Source: Piromyces finnis finn (Eukaryota > Fungi > Neocallimastigomycota). Taken from it: a DNA stretch of 64,000 nt. The DNA is taken from NCBI GenBank assembly GCA_002104945.1, contig MCFH01000026.1, positions 1 to 64,000 of the forward strand, given 5' to 3'. Numbering within the stretch: position 1 is the stretch's first letter; the number at the start of each line of letters is the position of its first letter. The notes beneath the pieces are model-generated. The model had not been told where the DNA came from and made no database searches. It was given only the letters and a program-made list of their open reading frames with translations. A program made the position numbers and the translations under genes. Of the stretch, positions 1 to 11,848 are shown piece by piece.

Positions 1-3000
1 CTATTGTTGTATTGTTTCTTGTAAGAGACTGATTCACTCTACATCATGTAAAAATACTATTCACAAGCTTTCTGGTGTCGACATTCTTGATTCAAATTTT
101 TTACCAATTTAAATATTTAATGAAAAGTAAAGTCAAACAAGTTTAGTGTCAAAAAGCGATTCGAATTTACTAACAACAAACCAAAACTAGAATTTTAAAG
201 AAAATTTACAACTAGAATTCAAAAAAAGAAACTTTAAACAAAGCATCGTAACAATTTTTGTACTATCCCAGTACTTTTAAGAAGAGAGAGAGAGACAGAT
301 TTTTTTTCCATATACGTTATATTTATATTTTTATTAGTATTTATTTTATATTCAATATTTTTAATTAGAATTTATTATCATGTCAGTCCTTTATATTAAA
401 GACAAGAATTATATCAGACGTGGTACCCGGTCTTATGGTATCCCCTTAGATGATATTCGCTCCTTCTTTATCCGTGGTATTCGATCATGGTCAGTAAATA
501 TGCTATGGGAAAAACTCGAGGTTATTCTAGAAGATAAATTTAATTCAGTTATTAGTGTTAAATATTTTCAGACTTTCAATGATCACTTTTTCTTAGTCAA
601 GGTTCATGGTTCATCGAAAGATTGTATTAAAATCTTACACATGTTAAAGAAGAAACTTTCAGTTACCTCAATTTCCTTTTCAGCTCGTAGTAGAAGGAAT
701 CACAAATACACTTTTTCCACTCTCAAACGTAAAATTTTAGTTTCTAATAAACATCAACATTCTATTCAACAATCATTTCAACAATCAGTTCAACAATCTC
801 ATCAACAATCCGATCTTCAACTAGATCTTCAACAAGATCTTCAACAAGTTTCCAATCATGAAAATATTCCAGATCTACAGCAAACACAATTTCAATCTCA
901 ACATTCAACAATTAATTCTAATAGCTCTATCAACTCTGATAACAGTTCAATAGTTGATAGTTCTTCAGTTTCACAGCCATCTAGTAATAGTTCTACTTAT
1001 TCCTCTGATGCATCATCCATTAATAACGATGACTTTAATAATAATAATAATAGCAACGATTCTTCCTCATCCAACAAGCCTGATAACTTTTCTTTTTGTC
1101 TTAGTTGGAACACCAATGGGTGGAATCACGAAAAGAGAGATAGTATTAGCTATTTCACAGCTATTTTCAAACCATTATTTTTATGTTTCCAAGAAACTGG
1201 TAATGGTTCTGGATCGAATACAGATTATCCTTGTCGTGTTACTTTGCGAAACTATAGACACTTTTTCAAGAAAGCTGACGAATCAGTTCCGGGAATGAGA
1301 GGTTTATATTTAGGTTTTCACAATTCATGTCAAGCCTCACTTGAAAACTTCTCTGGAAAGTATATTATTTCTATTTATACTTTTAGTCTCTGGAATAGAT
1401 TCAAATGCTCGATTGGAAATGTTTATATGCCTCATAGTCATCACAACATCTATGTTGATCATGCAAAGTTAGAAGTTCGCTTGTGGTTACAAACTCATTC
1501 ATCCCATCCATCGATTCTTGTTGGTGATTTTAATATGTCTAAAGTAAAATTATCCAACTGGTTATCAACTAATGGATTAGGAGATTGGGAAATTCTTCCG
1601 CTTAGAGGGTCTACTATCTCTTGGACTCGAGGTGATCAATCTTCCGACATTGACCATGCTCTTATCAATTCGAAGATGAAAGATCTTATTCACTCAGGAT
1701 CATTTATAAATAATTTTTATCCTGTATCAGACCATAAGCCACTTCTTATTAATGGTAAAATTATTCCTATGGAAGATTTTTCTAATGACTTTAATGTTCC
1801 TAAGAAAATTCTGAAATGGAATAGATTAAAATGTATTGAGGAAAAGGAATCTATTCTCAGTCATAATAAATTCCAAATACTTTCAGCAAAATCCAACGAT
1901 CCTAATGTTTCTACAGATGAACTTTCCAAAGAGTTTACTTCAACTGCTTTTTCAATTGCAGACGAGCTCAGTATTACTTCAGCAAATAATGTTATAAAGT
2001 CTTCATTTCATATTTCACAACAAATTTTTAATCTTCAAAAAATCAAAATGAAGTTGTATAAGAGATTTAAAAAAGAAAGAATTTATGATATAGATGAATT
2101 TATTAAAAGAATTAAAATCTACCGTAAACTCATTGATTACATCCACAAAAGATGTAATGAATTTAGGAAGCAAGAATATCTTCATTGGATTAAAACAGGA
2201 TGTGAGTATATGAAGAGTCATAATCCTAAGAAGGCCTGGAAATGGATCAAGAAAACTGCAAAAATTGGAAAAGATTCTTTCTTTATTGCTCAACCAATTA
2301 AAAATAAAAATGGAGAATTAGTTGTTGCTACGGAAGAACAACTAGATGTGTGGCATGATCATTTCGAAAATCTTGCATCAGACCCAAGTGGTGTAAGTCT
2401 TGATTTGGAGCATTGGTATGAAGAACCAACGAATAAACGTTTTTCACTTCCTATGCTTGATGAGTGGGATATCAACCAAGATATTAGTATTGATGAAGTC
2501 AAGTCAGCTATCCTCACTACTCCAAATTATAAAGCATCAGGTCCGGATGGTATTCCAATTGAATTTTACAAAGCATTAGTTCCATCAAGTAATGATTCTA
2601 ATAATGCTACAGATAATAATTCTTCTGGTAATACTACTTCAGATAATGATGCTCATGGTTTAAATTTTATTCTTAAATTATTCAACCGTATTTGGGATGG
2701 AGATTTCCCCAACTCATGGAATGAATCCAGTATTGTTTCTATTCCTAAGAAGGGAGATTTGACAGATTGTGATAACTATCGAGGTATATCACTTATCAAT
2801 AATGGTATTAAGTTGATTTCCAAAATTGTCACCACTAGAATCTCAGAATATGGTTTAAAGAATAATTTCATTAGACCTGAACAATTTGGTTTTCGAAAAA
2901 AGGAAGAAAGTATTAGTCTTTTCATTTCAATCCAAGAAATATGCCGTAGACGTCAATTAGATAATAAAGAGACATATTTGGCCTTTTTAGATCTCAGGAA

Positions 3001-5136
3001 AGCATACGATTCAGTCCCAATCGGTAATATTCTCCATAAATTAGATTGTTTAGGAATCCGAGGTAAGAGTCTACAATTTATCAAAAATTTATATTTAACA
3101 TCTAAGGCTAATGTCAAATTAGATGGACAATTCTCGAAATCTTTTGATGTGAAGAAAGGAGTCCGTCAAGGTTGCCCTCTTTCTCCTATTCTCTTTAATC
3201 TCTTTATTAATGATATATTTAGAGAGTGCGAAGATCTAGGAGTCAGTTTAGGTGACACTCGATGCTGTGGTGGACTTTTTGCAGATGATATAGTTATTTG
3301 TGCTCCAACAAGAGGATGCTTAAAAAAGATGCTTAGAAGAGTTAATGAATGGGCATTGTATAATGAAATGGAATTTGGTATCCAGAAATGTTCAACGATG
3401 GTGATTCGTCCTGAATCAATAGAAAATCAGAACAAGAGAGATCCAACATTTTACTTAGCAGGACAACCCATTCCAACTACTGATTGCTATACTTATCTTG
3501 GTGTTCCATTTGATAAGAATCTGTCCCTTAAACCAGTAATTAAAGCTCTTAATAACAAGGTTTTGAAAGGCTTTTCTCAGTCAGTAAATTCTTAAGAAAT
3601 CCTAATATTCCTATTCCTTTCAAAAAACTAGTACTTAACTCACAAGTGATTAGCAGAGTTTCATACTTTGCACCATTACTTGGATCCAACAAAGCTAGGT
3701 CTAGGATTGCTCAGAAGCATGTTAACAAAGGAATACGATGGGTTGCCGGAGTTCATAAAGCTGTATCGTTTATATCTTTATACTCTATTTCAAAAGATTT
3801 GAATATTCCTCCATTGTCAGCCAAATGTGCGTTAGCTCAGGTTAGATGTTTTAACAAATGGAAAAACTCAAATTGTATTATCTCACACCTTGTCAATTAC
3901 ATTCCTAAATTTAGAAAATACACGTGGTGCAAATCAAGTAGGACACTTGATAAAAAATTAAAGAAACATGGAGATGTTAAAGCAGTTAAAAACTTTTATT
4001 GGAAAGATCTCAAAGGGAATTCAATCAAAGCGCAATATTATGATGATAATAAATTTATTGAAACTAAAGATTTTATTAAATTATGTTATGAGTACCCAGA
4101 GTTTGCCTATGGCTTCTACTGGCTATTGAAAGCAAGAAGCGGATACAAGTTGGATGCTAGAGTTGCCAAAGCTGCCAAATTTGTTGATCCAGTTTGTCCT
4201 AACTACTGTCCATGTTGCAAGTGTGGAGATCAAAGTATTAAACATTGGTTATTAGATTGTCCAACATTTAGAGATATCCGTATTAAACATTATGATTCCA
4301 TAGTCCAGCTATTAAATTTTTTCAGTCAACGTAATTCCAATAGTCCTATCAATAATAATGAAATTGATAATATCAGTAGAGATAGTAATAACATTAATAG
4401 TAATAGTAACAATAGTAGTAATAACAATAGTAATAGTAACAATAGTAATAGTAACAATAGTAATAATAACAATAATAGAAATAATAATATTAGTAATGAT
4501 AGCAATAGTGAAGATAATAATTCTAATTTAGATAGTAATTTAGTTAATGATAGTAATAGTTCTAATAATCCGGTGAATATTAATGTGTATGATTATTCTA
4601 GTGTGTGCAGTAAAATATTTAAATTCCTTCTTGGGGGAAGAAGTTTTAACAATATTAATTACAATTCAAGGGAATGGAAAGAACTTTGTAAGCGTCAGAT
4701 TCAATCTGGTACTAACGAAGGAACACCATTCTTGACGGTAACCGCGGAACTTCTAACCAAAATCATGCCTTTTGCTATTGGCCAGCAATGGTCAATGTTC
4801 AAAAGGTTTGAAGCAACATCCAAGAGCGTCAATGCTGAAGAAACAGTAAGACAGGCCAGGAGGGCCAGCGCAACCAATGGAGATCATAATTTTGTTCCAT
4901 GACAAAATTTTGATCTTTGGCTCGGTGTCCCATTGGAAGTCAAATACAATTATTATACTTTAGTATGATAGTGGCTTTCTTACTTTAATTAAAATTACTA
5001 GAATACATTATACCCAATTTTTATTCATTTGTGTTTATTTAAACATATTTTTTTTATTTTTATTTTATTTTAATTTTTTATTACATGTATTATAATTTTA
5101 ATTAAATTAATAATAAAGTTTAAAATATTTGATGCC

Positions 5137-5189
<53 letters not shown>
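1..5189 (+). mobile_element. Non-LTR retrotransposon (APE-RT-CCHC, single long ORF), copy 1; 5' end lies beyond the window start
   Basis: Position 1 matches 5641 and 11427 (same 5' leader in three copies). ORF starts at 380, 3' UTR is 4903-5139, and a 50-nt poly(A) occupies 5140-5189. Confidence 0.95.
380..4902 (+). CDS. Retrotransposon polyprotein (N-terminal domain, AP endonuclease, reverse transcriptase, CCHC finger), split by one 1-nt deletion at 3569-3570; restored length 1507 aa
   Basis: APE motifs LSWNTNG, CFQET, ILVGDFN, DIDHAL, SDHKPL. RT motifs GPDGIP, YRGISL, QFGFR, FLDLRKAYDSV, GVRQGCPLSP, LFADD, YTYLG. Zinc finger CPCCKCGDQSIKHWLLDC. Copy 1 has GG where copies 2 and 3 have GGG (9220-9222, 12800-12802). 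Confidence 0.92.
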
Positions 5190-5192
<3 letters not shown>

Positions 5193-5480
5193 ATGCTCAT
5201 GGTACTGAGAGAGTAGAAAGAATTAAATCCAAGTATTGCGCAATGGATGCTTGGTGCCCTCTTAGGAATGTGCCTTCATTTATTTAATAAATGTAATTTC
5301 TCAAGGGGTCTACTCATGCTCATGGTACTGAGAGAGTAGAAAGAATTAAATCCAAGCATTGCGCAATGGATGCTTGGTTAGTCTTCAAGGGAAAATTATT
5401 AGGACTAAGCTCATGGTACTGAGCGATTAAAAAACATTTTATTCATCAAATTTAAGTATTTGATGAATAAGTGAATGTTT
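5190..5480 (+). repeat. Structured 5' monomer array of copy 2 (modules A-B-C-A-B, then unique hairpins)
   Basis: A = tactcatgctcatggtactgagagagtagaaag, B = aattaaatccaag(t/c)attgcgcaatggatgcttgg, C = ccctctt...ctcaagggg(g)tc. The period is 123 nt here. A perfect 13-bp inverted repeat lies at 5439-5451/5458-5470. Confidence 0.9.
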
Positions 5481-6020
5481 GATTTTCAGGTAAGTTTGTA
5501 TAGTATTTAATTAGAAGAGTAATACATTTTGTTGCTGTATTTTTTCTTTTATTCATGTATTCATGTAGTACTACTCTTCTCTTGTAAGAATCCAATGTAG
5601 TCAACTTTAGCATTTGCATTGTACTTTTATATTCATGTAGCTATTGTTGTATTGTTTCTTGTAAGAGACTGATTCACTCTACATCATGTAAAAATACTAT
5701 TCACAAGCTTTCTGGTGTCGACATTCTTGATTCAAATTTTTTACCAATTTAAATATTTAATGAAAAGTAAAGTCAAACAAGTTTAGTGTCAAAAAGCGAA
5801 TCGAATTTACTAACAACAAACCAAAACTAGAATTTTTAAAGAAAATTTACAACTAGAATTCAAAAAAAGAAACTTTAAACAAAGCATCGTAACAATTTTT
5901 GTACTATCCAGTACTTTTAAGAAGAGAGAGAGAGACAGATTTTTTTCCATATACGTTATATTTGTAATTTTTATTAGTATTTATTTTATATTCAATATTT
6001 TTTAATTAGAATTTATTATC

Positions 6021-9000
6021 ATGTCAGTCCTTTATATTAAAGATAAGAATTATATCAGACGTGGTACCCGGTCTTATGGTATCCCCTTAGATGATATTCG
6101 CTCCTTCTTTATCCGTGGTATTCGATCATGGTCAGTAAATATGCTATGGGAAAAACTCGAGGTTATTCTAGAAGATAAATTTAATTCAGTTATTAGTGTT
6201 AAATATTTTCAGACTTTCAATGATCACTTTTTCTTAGTCAAGGTTCATGGTTCATCAAAAGATTGTATTAAAATCTTACACATGTTAAAGAAGAAACTTT
6301 CAGTTACCTCAATTTCCTTTTCAGCTCGTAGTAGAAGGAATCACAAATACACTTTTTCCACTCTCAAACGTAAAATTTTAGTTTCTAATAAACATCAACA
6401 TTCTATTCAACAATCATTTCAACAATCAGTTCAACAATCAGTTCAACAATCTCATCAACAATCCGATCTTCAACAAGATCTTCAACAGGATCTTCAACAA
6501 GTTTCCCATCATGAAAATATTCCAGATCTACAGCAAACACAATTTCAATCTCAACATTCAACAATTAATTCTAATAGTTCTATCAACTCTGATAACAGTT
6601 CAATAGTTGATAGTTCTTCAGTTTCACAGCCATCTAGTAATAGTTCTACTTATTCCTCTGATGCATCATCCATTAATAACGATGACTTTAATAATAATAA
6701 TAATAGCAACGATTCTTCCTCATCCAACAAGCCTGATAACTTTTCTTTTTGTCTTAGTTGGAACACCAATGGGTGGAATCACGAAAAGAGAGATAGTATT
6801 AGCTATTTCACAGCTATTTTCAAACCATTATTTTATGTTTCCAAGAAACTGGTAATGGTTCTGGATCGAATACAGATTATCCTTGTCGTGTTACTTTGCG
6901 AAACTATAGACACTTTTTCAAGAAAGCTGACGAATCAGTTCCGGGAATGAGAGGTTTATATTTAGGTTTTCACAATTCGTGTCAAGCCTCACTTGAAAAC
7001 TTCTCTGGAAAGTATATTATTTCTATTTATACTTTTAGTCTCTGGAATAGATTCAAATGCTCGATTGGAAATGTTTATATGCCTCATAGTCATCACAACA
7101 TCTATGTTGATCATGCAAAGTTAGAAGTTCGCTTGTGGTTACAAACTCATTCATCCCATCCATCGATTCTTGTTGGTGATTTTAATATGTCTAAAGTAAA
7201 ATTATCCAACTGGTTATCAACTAATGGATTAGGAGATTGGGAAATTCTTCCGCTTAGAGGGTCTACTATCTCTTGGACTCGAGGTGATCAATCTTCCGAC
7301 ATTGACCATGCTCTTATCAATTCGAAGATGAAAGATCTTATTCACTCAGGATCATTTATAAATAATTTTTATCCTGTATCAGACCATAAGCCACTTCTTA
7401 TTAATGGTAAAATTATTCCTATGGAAGATTTTTCTAATGACTTTAATGTTCCTAAGAAAATTCTGAAATGGAATAGATTAAAATGTATTGAGGAAAAGGA
7501 ATCTATTCTCAGTCATAATAAATTCCAAATACTTTCAGCAAAATTCAACGATCCTAATGTTTCTACAGATGAACTTTCCAAAGAGTTTACTTCAACTGCT
7601 TTTTCAATTGCAGACGAGCTCAGTATTACCTCAGCAAATAATGTTATAAAGTCTTCATTTCATATTTCACAACAAATTTTTAATCTCCAAAAAATCAAAA
7701 TGAAGTTGTATAAGAGATTTAAAAAAGAAAGAATTTATGATATAGATGAATTTATTAAAAGAATTAAAATCTACCGTAAGCTCATTGATTACATCCACAA
7801 AAGATGTAATGAATTTAGGAAACAAGAATATCTTCATTGGATTAAAACAGGATGTGAGTATATGAAGAGTCATAATCCTAAGAAGGCCTGGAAATGGATC
7901 AAGAAAACTGCAAAAATTGGAAAAGATTCTTTCTTTATTGCTCAACCAATTAAAAACAAAAATGGAGAATTAGTTGTTGCTACGGAAGAACAACTAGATG
8001 TGTGGCATGATCATTTCGAAAAGCTTGCATCAGATCCAAGTGGTGTAAGTCTTGATTTGGAGCATTGGTATGAAGAACCAACGAATAAACGTTTTTCACT
8101 CCCTATGCTTGATGAATGGGATATCAACCAAGATATTAGTATTGATGAAGTCAAGTCAGCTATCCTCTCTACTCCGAATTATAAAGCATCAGGTCCGGAT
8201 GGTATTCCAATTGAATTTTACAAAGCATTAATTCCATCAAGTAATGATTCTAATAATGCTACAGATAATAATTCTTCCGGTAATACCACTTCAGATAATG
8301 ATGCTTATGGTTTAAATTTTATTCTTAAATTATTCAACCGTATTTGGGATGGAGATTCCCCAACTCATGGAATGAATCCAGTATTGTTTCTATTCCTAAG
8401 AAGGGAGATTTGACAGATTGTGATAACTATCGAGGTATATCACTTATCAATAATGGTATTAAGTTGATTTCCAAAATTGTCACCACTAGAATCTCAGAAT
8501 ATGGTCTAAAGAATAATTTCATTAGACCTGAACAATTTGGTTTTCGAAAAAAGGAAGAAAGTATCAGTCTTTTCATTTCAATCCAAGAAATATGCCGTAG
8601 ACGTCAATTAGATAATAAAGAGACATATTTGGCCTTTTTAGATCTCAGGAAAGCATACGATTCAGTCCCAATCGGTAATATTCTCCATAAATTAGATTGT
8701 TTAGGAATCCGAGGTAAGAGTCTACAATTTATCAAAAATTTATATTTAACATCTAAGGCTAATGTCAAATTAGATGGACAATTCTCGAAATCTTTTGATG
8801 TGAAGAAAGGAGTCCGTCAAGGATGCCCTCTTTCTCCTATTCTCTTTAATCTCTTTATTAATGATATATTTAGAGAGTGCGAAGATCTAGGAGTCAGTTT
8901 AGGTGACACTCGATGCTGTGGTGGACTTTTTGCAGATGATATAGTTATTTGTGCTCCAACAAGAGGATGCTTAAAAAAGATGCTTAGAAGAGTTAATGAA

Positions 9001-10553
9001 TGGGCATTGTATAATGAAATGGAATTTGGTATCCAGAAATGTTCAACGATGGTGATTCGTCCTGAATCAATAGAAAATCAGAACAAGAGAGATCCAACAT
9101 TTTACTTAGCAGGACAACCCATTCCAACTACTGATTGTTATACTTATCTTGGTGTTCCATTTGATAAGAATCTGTCCCTTAAACCAGTAATTAAAGCTCT
9201 TAATAACAAGGTTTTGAAAGGGCTTTTCTCAGTCAGTAAATTCTTAAGAAATCCTAATATTCCTATTCCTTTCAAAAAACTAGTACTTAACTCACAAGTG
9301 ATTAGCAGAGTTTCATACTTTGCACCATTACTTGGATCCAACAAAGCTAGGTCTAGGATTGCTCAGAAGCATGTTAACAAAGGAATACGATGGGTTGCCG
9401 GAGTTCATAAAGCTGTATCGTTTATATCTTTATACTCTATTTCAAAAGATTTGAATATTCCTCCATTGTCAGCCAAATGTGCGTTAGCTCAGGTTAGATG
9501 TTTTAACAAATGGAAAAACTCAAATTGTATTATCTCACACCTTGTCAATTACATTCCTAAATTTAGAAAATACACGTGGTGCAAATCAAGTAGGACACTT
9601 GATAAAAAATTAAAGAAACATGGAGATGTTAAAGCAGTTAAAAACTTTTATTGGAAAGATCTCAAAGGGAATTCAATCAAAGCGCAATATTATGATGATA
9701 ATAAATTTATTGAAACTAAAGATTTTATTAAATTATGTTATGAGTACCCAGAGTTTGCCTATGGCTTCTACTGGCTATTGAAAGCAAGAAGCGGATACAA
9801 GTTGGATGCTAGAGTTGCCAAAGCTGCCAAATTTGTTGATCCAGTTTGTCCTAACTACTGTCCATGTTGCAAGTGTGGAGATCAAAGTATTAAACATTGG
9901 TTATTAGATTGTCCAACATTTAGAGATATCCGTATTAAACATTATGATTCCATAGTCCAGCTATTAAATTTTTTCAGTCAACGTAATTCCAATAGTCCTA
10001 TCAATAATAATGAAATTGATAATATCAGTAGAGATAGTAATAACATTAATATAATAGTAACAATAGTAGTAATAACAATAGTAATAGTAACAATAGTAAT
10101 AGTAACAATAGTAATAATAACAATAATAGAAATAATAATATTAGTAATGATAGCAATAGTGAAGATAATAATTCTAATTTAGATAGTAATTTAGTTAATG
10201 ATAGTAATAGTTCTAATAATCCGGTGAATATTAATGTGTATGATTATTCTAGTGTGTGCAGTAAAATATTTAAATTCCTTCTTGGGGGAAGAAGTTTTAA
10301 CAATATTAATTACAATTCAAGGGAATGGAAAGAACTTTGTAAGCGTCAGATTCAATCTGGTACTAACGAAGGAACACCATTCTTGACGGTAACCGCGGAA
10401 CTTCTAACCAAAATCATGCCTTTTGCTATTGGCCAGCAATGGTCAATGTTCAAAAGGTTTGAAGCAACATCCAAGAGCGTCAATGCTGAAGAAACAGTAA
10501 GACAGGCCAGGAGGGCCAGCGCAACCAATGGAGATCATAATTTTGTTCCATGA
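6021..10553 (+). pseudogene. Copy 2 polyprotein ORF broken by three 1-nt deletions (~6831, ~8356, ~10051); these may be sequencing errors
   Basis: ORF pieces 6021-6950, 6896-8413, 8344-10182 and 10224-10553 rebuild the copy 1 protein. T5->T4 at 6831-6834, T3->T2 at 8356-8357, missing G near 10051. Confidence 0.88.
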
Positions 10554-10815
10554 CAAAATTTTGATCTTTGGCTCGGTGTCCCATTGGAAGTCAAATACAA
10601 TTATTATACTTTAGTATGATAGTGGCTTTCTTACTTTAATTAAAATTACTAGAATACATTATACCCAAATTTTATTCATTTGTGTTTATTTAAACATATT
10701 TTTTTTATTTTTATTTTTATTTTTATTTTTTATTACATGTATTATAATTTTAATTAAATTAATAATAAAGTTTAAAATATTTGATGCCGTTAAAAAAAAA
10801 AAAAAAAAAAAAAAA

Positions 10816-11270
10816 TACTCATGCTCATACCCTCTTGGGAACGTGCCTTCATTTATTTAATAAATGTAGTTTCTCAAGGGGGTCTACTCATGCTCATGGT
10901 ACTGAGAGAGTAGAAAGACCCTCTTGGGTACGTGCCTTCATTTATTTAATAAATGTAGTTTCTCAAGGGGGTCTACTCATGCTCATGGTACTGAGAGAGT
11001 AGAAAGAATTAAATCCAAGTATCGCGCAATGGATGCTTGGTGCCCTCTTGGAAACGTGCCTTCATTTATTTAATAAACGTAGTTTATCAAGGGAGTCTAC
11101 TCATGCTCATGGTACTGAGAGAGTAGAAAGAATTAAATCCAAGCATTGCGCAATGGATGCTTGGTTAGTCTTTAAGGGAAAATTATTAGGACTAAGCTCA
11201 TGGTACTGAGCGATTAAAAAACATTTTATTCATCGAATTAAGTATTTGATGAATAAGTTGAATGTTTGAT
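10816..11270 (+). repeat. Structured 5' monomer array of copy 3 (truncated A, C, A, C, A, B, C, A, B, then unique hairpins)
   Basis: A modules start at 10816 (13 nt only), 10885, 10974 and 11098, so complete monomers have periods of 89 and 124 nt. Confidence 0.9.
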
Positions 11271-11848
11271 ACTCAGGTAAGTTTGTATAGTATTTAATTA
11301 GAAGAGTAATACATTTTGTTGCTGTATTTTTCTTTTATTCATGTATTCATGTAGTACTACTCTTCTCTTGTAAGAATCCAATGTAGTCAACTTTAGCATT
11401 TGCATTGTATTTTTATATTCATGTAGCTATTGTTGTATTGTTTCTTGTAAGAGACTGATTCACTCTACATCATGTGAAAATACTATTCACAAGCTTTCTG
11501 GTGTCGACATTCTTGATTCAAATTTTTTACCAATTTAAATATTTAATGAAAAATAAAGTCAAACAAGTTTAGTGTCAAAAAGCGATTCGAATTTACTAAC
11601 AACAAACCAAAACTAGAATTTTTAAAGAAAATTTACAACTAGAATTCAAAAAAAAGAAACTTTAAACAAAGCATCGTAACAATTTTTGTACTATCCAGTA
11701 CTTTTAAGAAGAGAGAGAGAGACAGATTTTTTTCCATATACGTTATATTTATAATTTTTATTAGTATTTATTTTATATTCAATATTTTTTTAATTAGAAT
11801 TTATTATCATGTCAGTCCTTTATATTAAAGATAAGAATTATATCAGAC

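Larger units (their letters stand above)
5190..10815 (+). mobile_element. Non-LTR retrotransposon copy 2, apparently full length
   Basis: Near-identical to copy 1 along its length. ATG at 6021, stop at 10553, 24-nt poly(A) at 10792-10815. Confidence 0.95.

Noticed and set aside
5190-5480. Reading the repeated modules as a CRISPR array
   Set aside because: The intervening sequences are themselves repeats rather than unique spacers, the context is eukaryotic, and no cas genes are present.
5378-5545. Spliced-leader RNA gene as the insertion target (donor plus ATTTTG)
   Set aside because: The Sm-site match is poor and SL trans-splicing is not established in fungi.
954-9344. Short overlapping or antisense ORFs inside the LINE copies (954, 2015, 6607, 7667, 9144)
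   Set aside because: They are shadows of the main ORF and carry no motifs.
10885-10985. Canonical hammerhead or pistol ribozyme call
   Set aside because: The CUGANGA core is absent (CUCAUGG or CUGAGAG instead), stem I does not pair flush, and pistol's conserved residues are missing. Kept only as an unclassified structured-RNA hypothesis.
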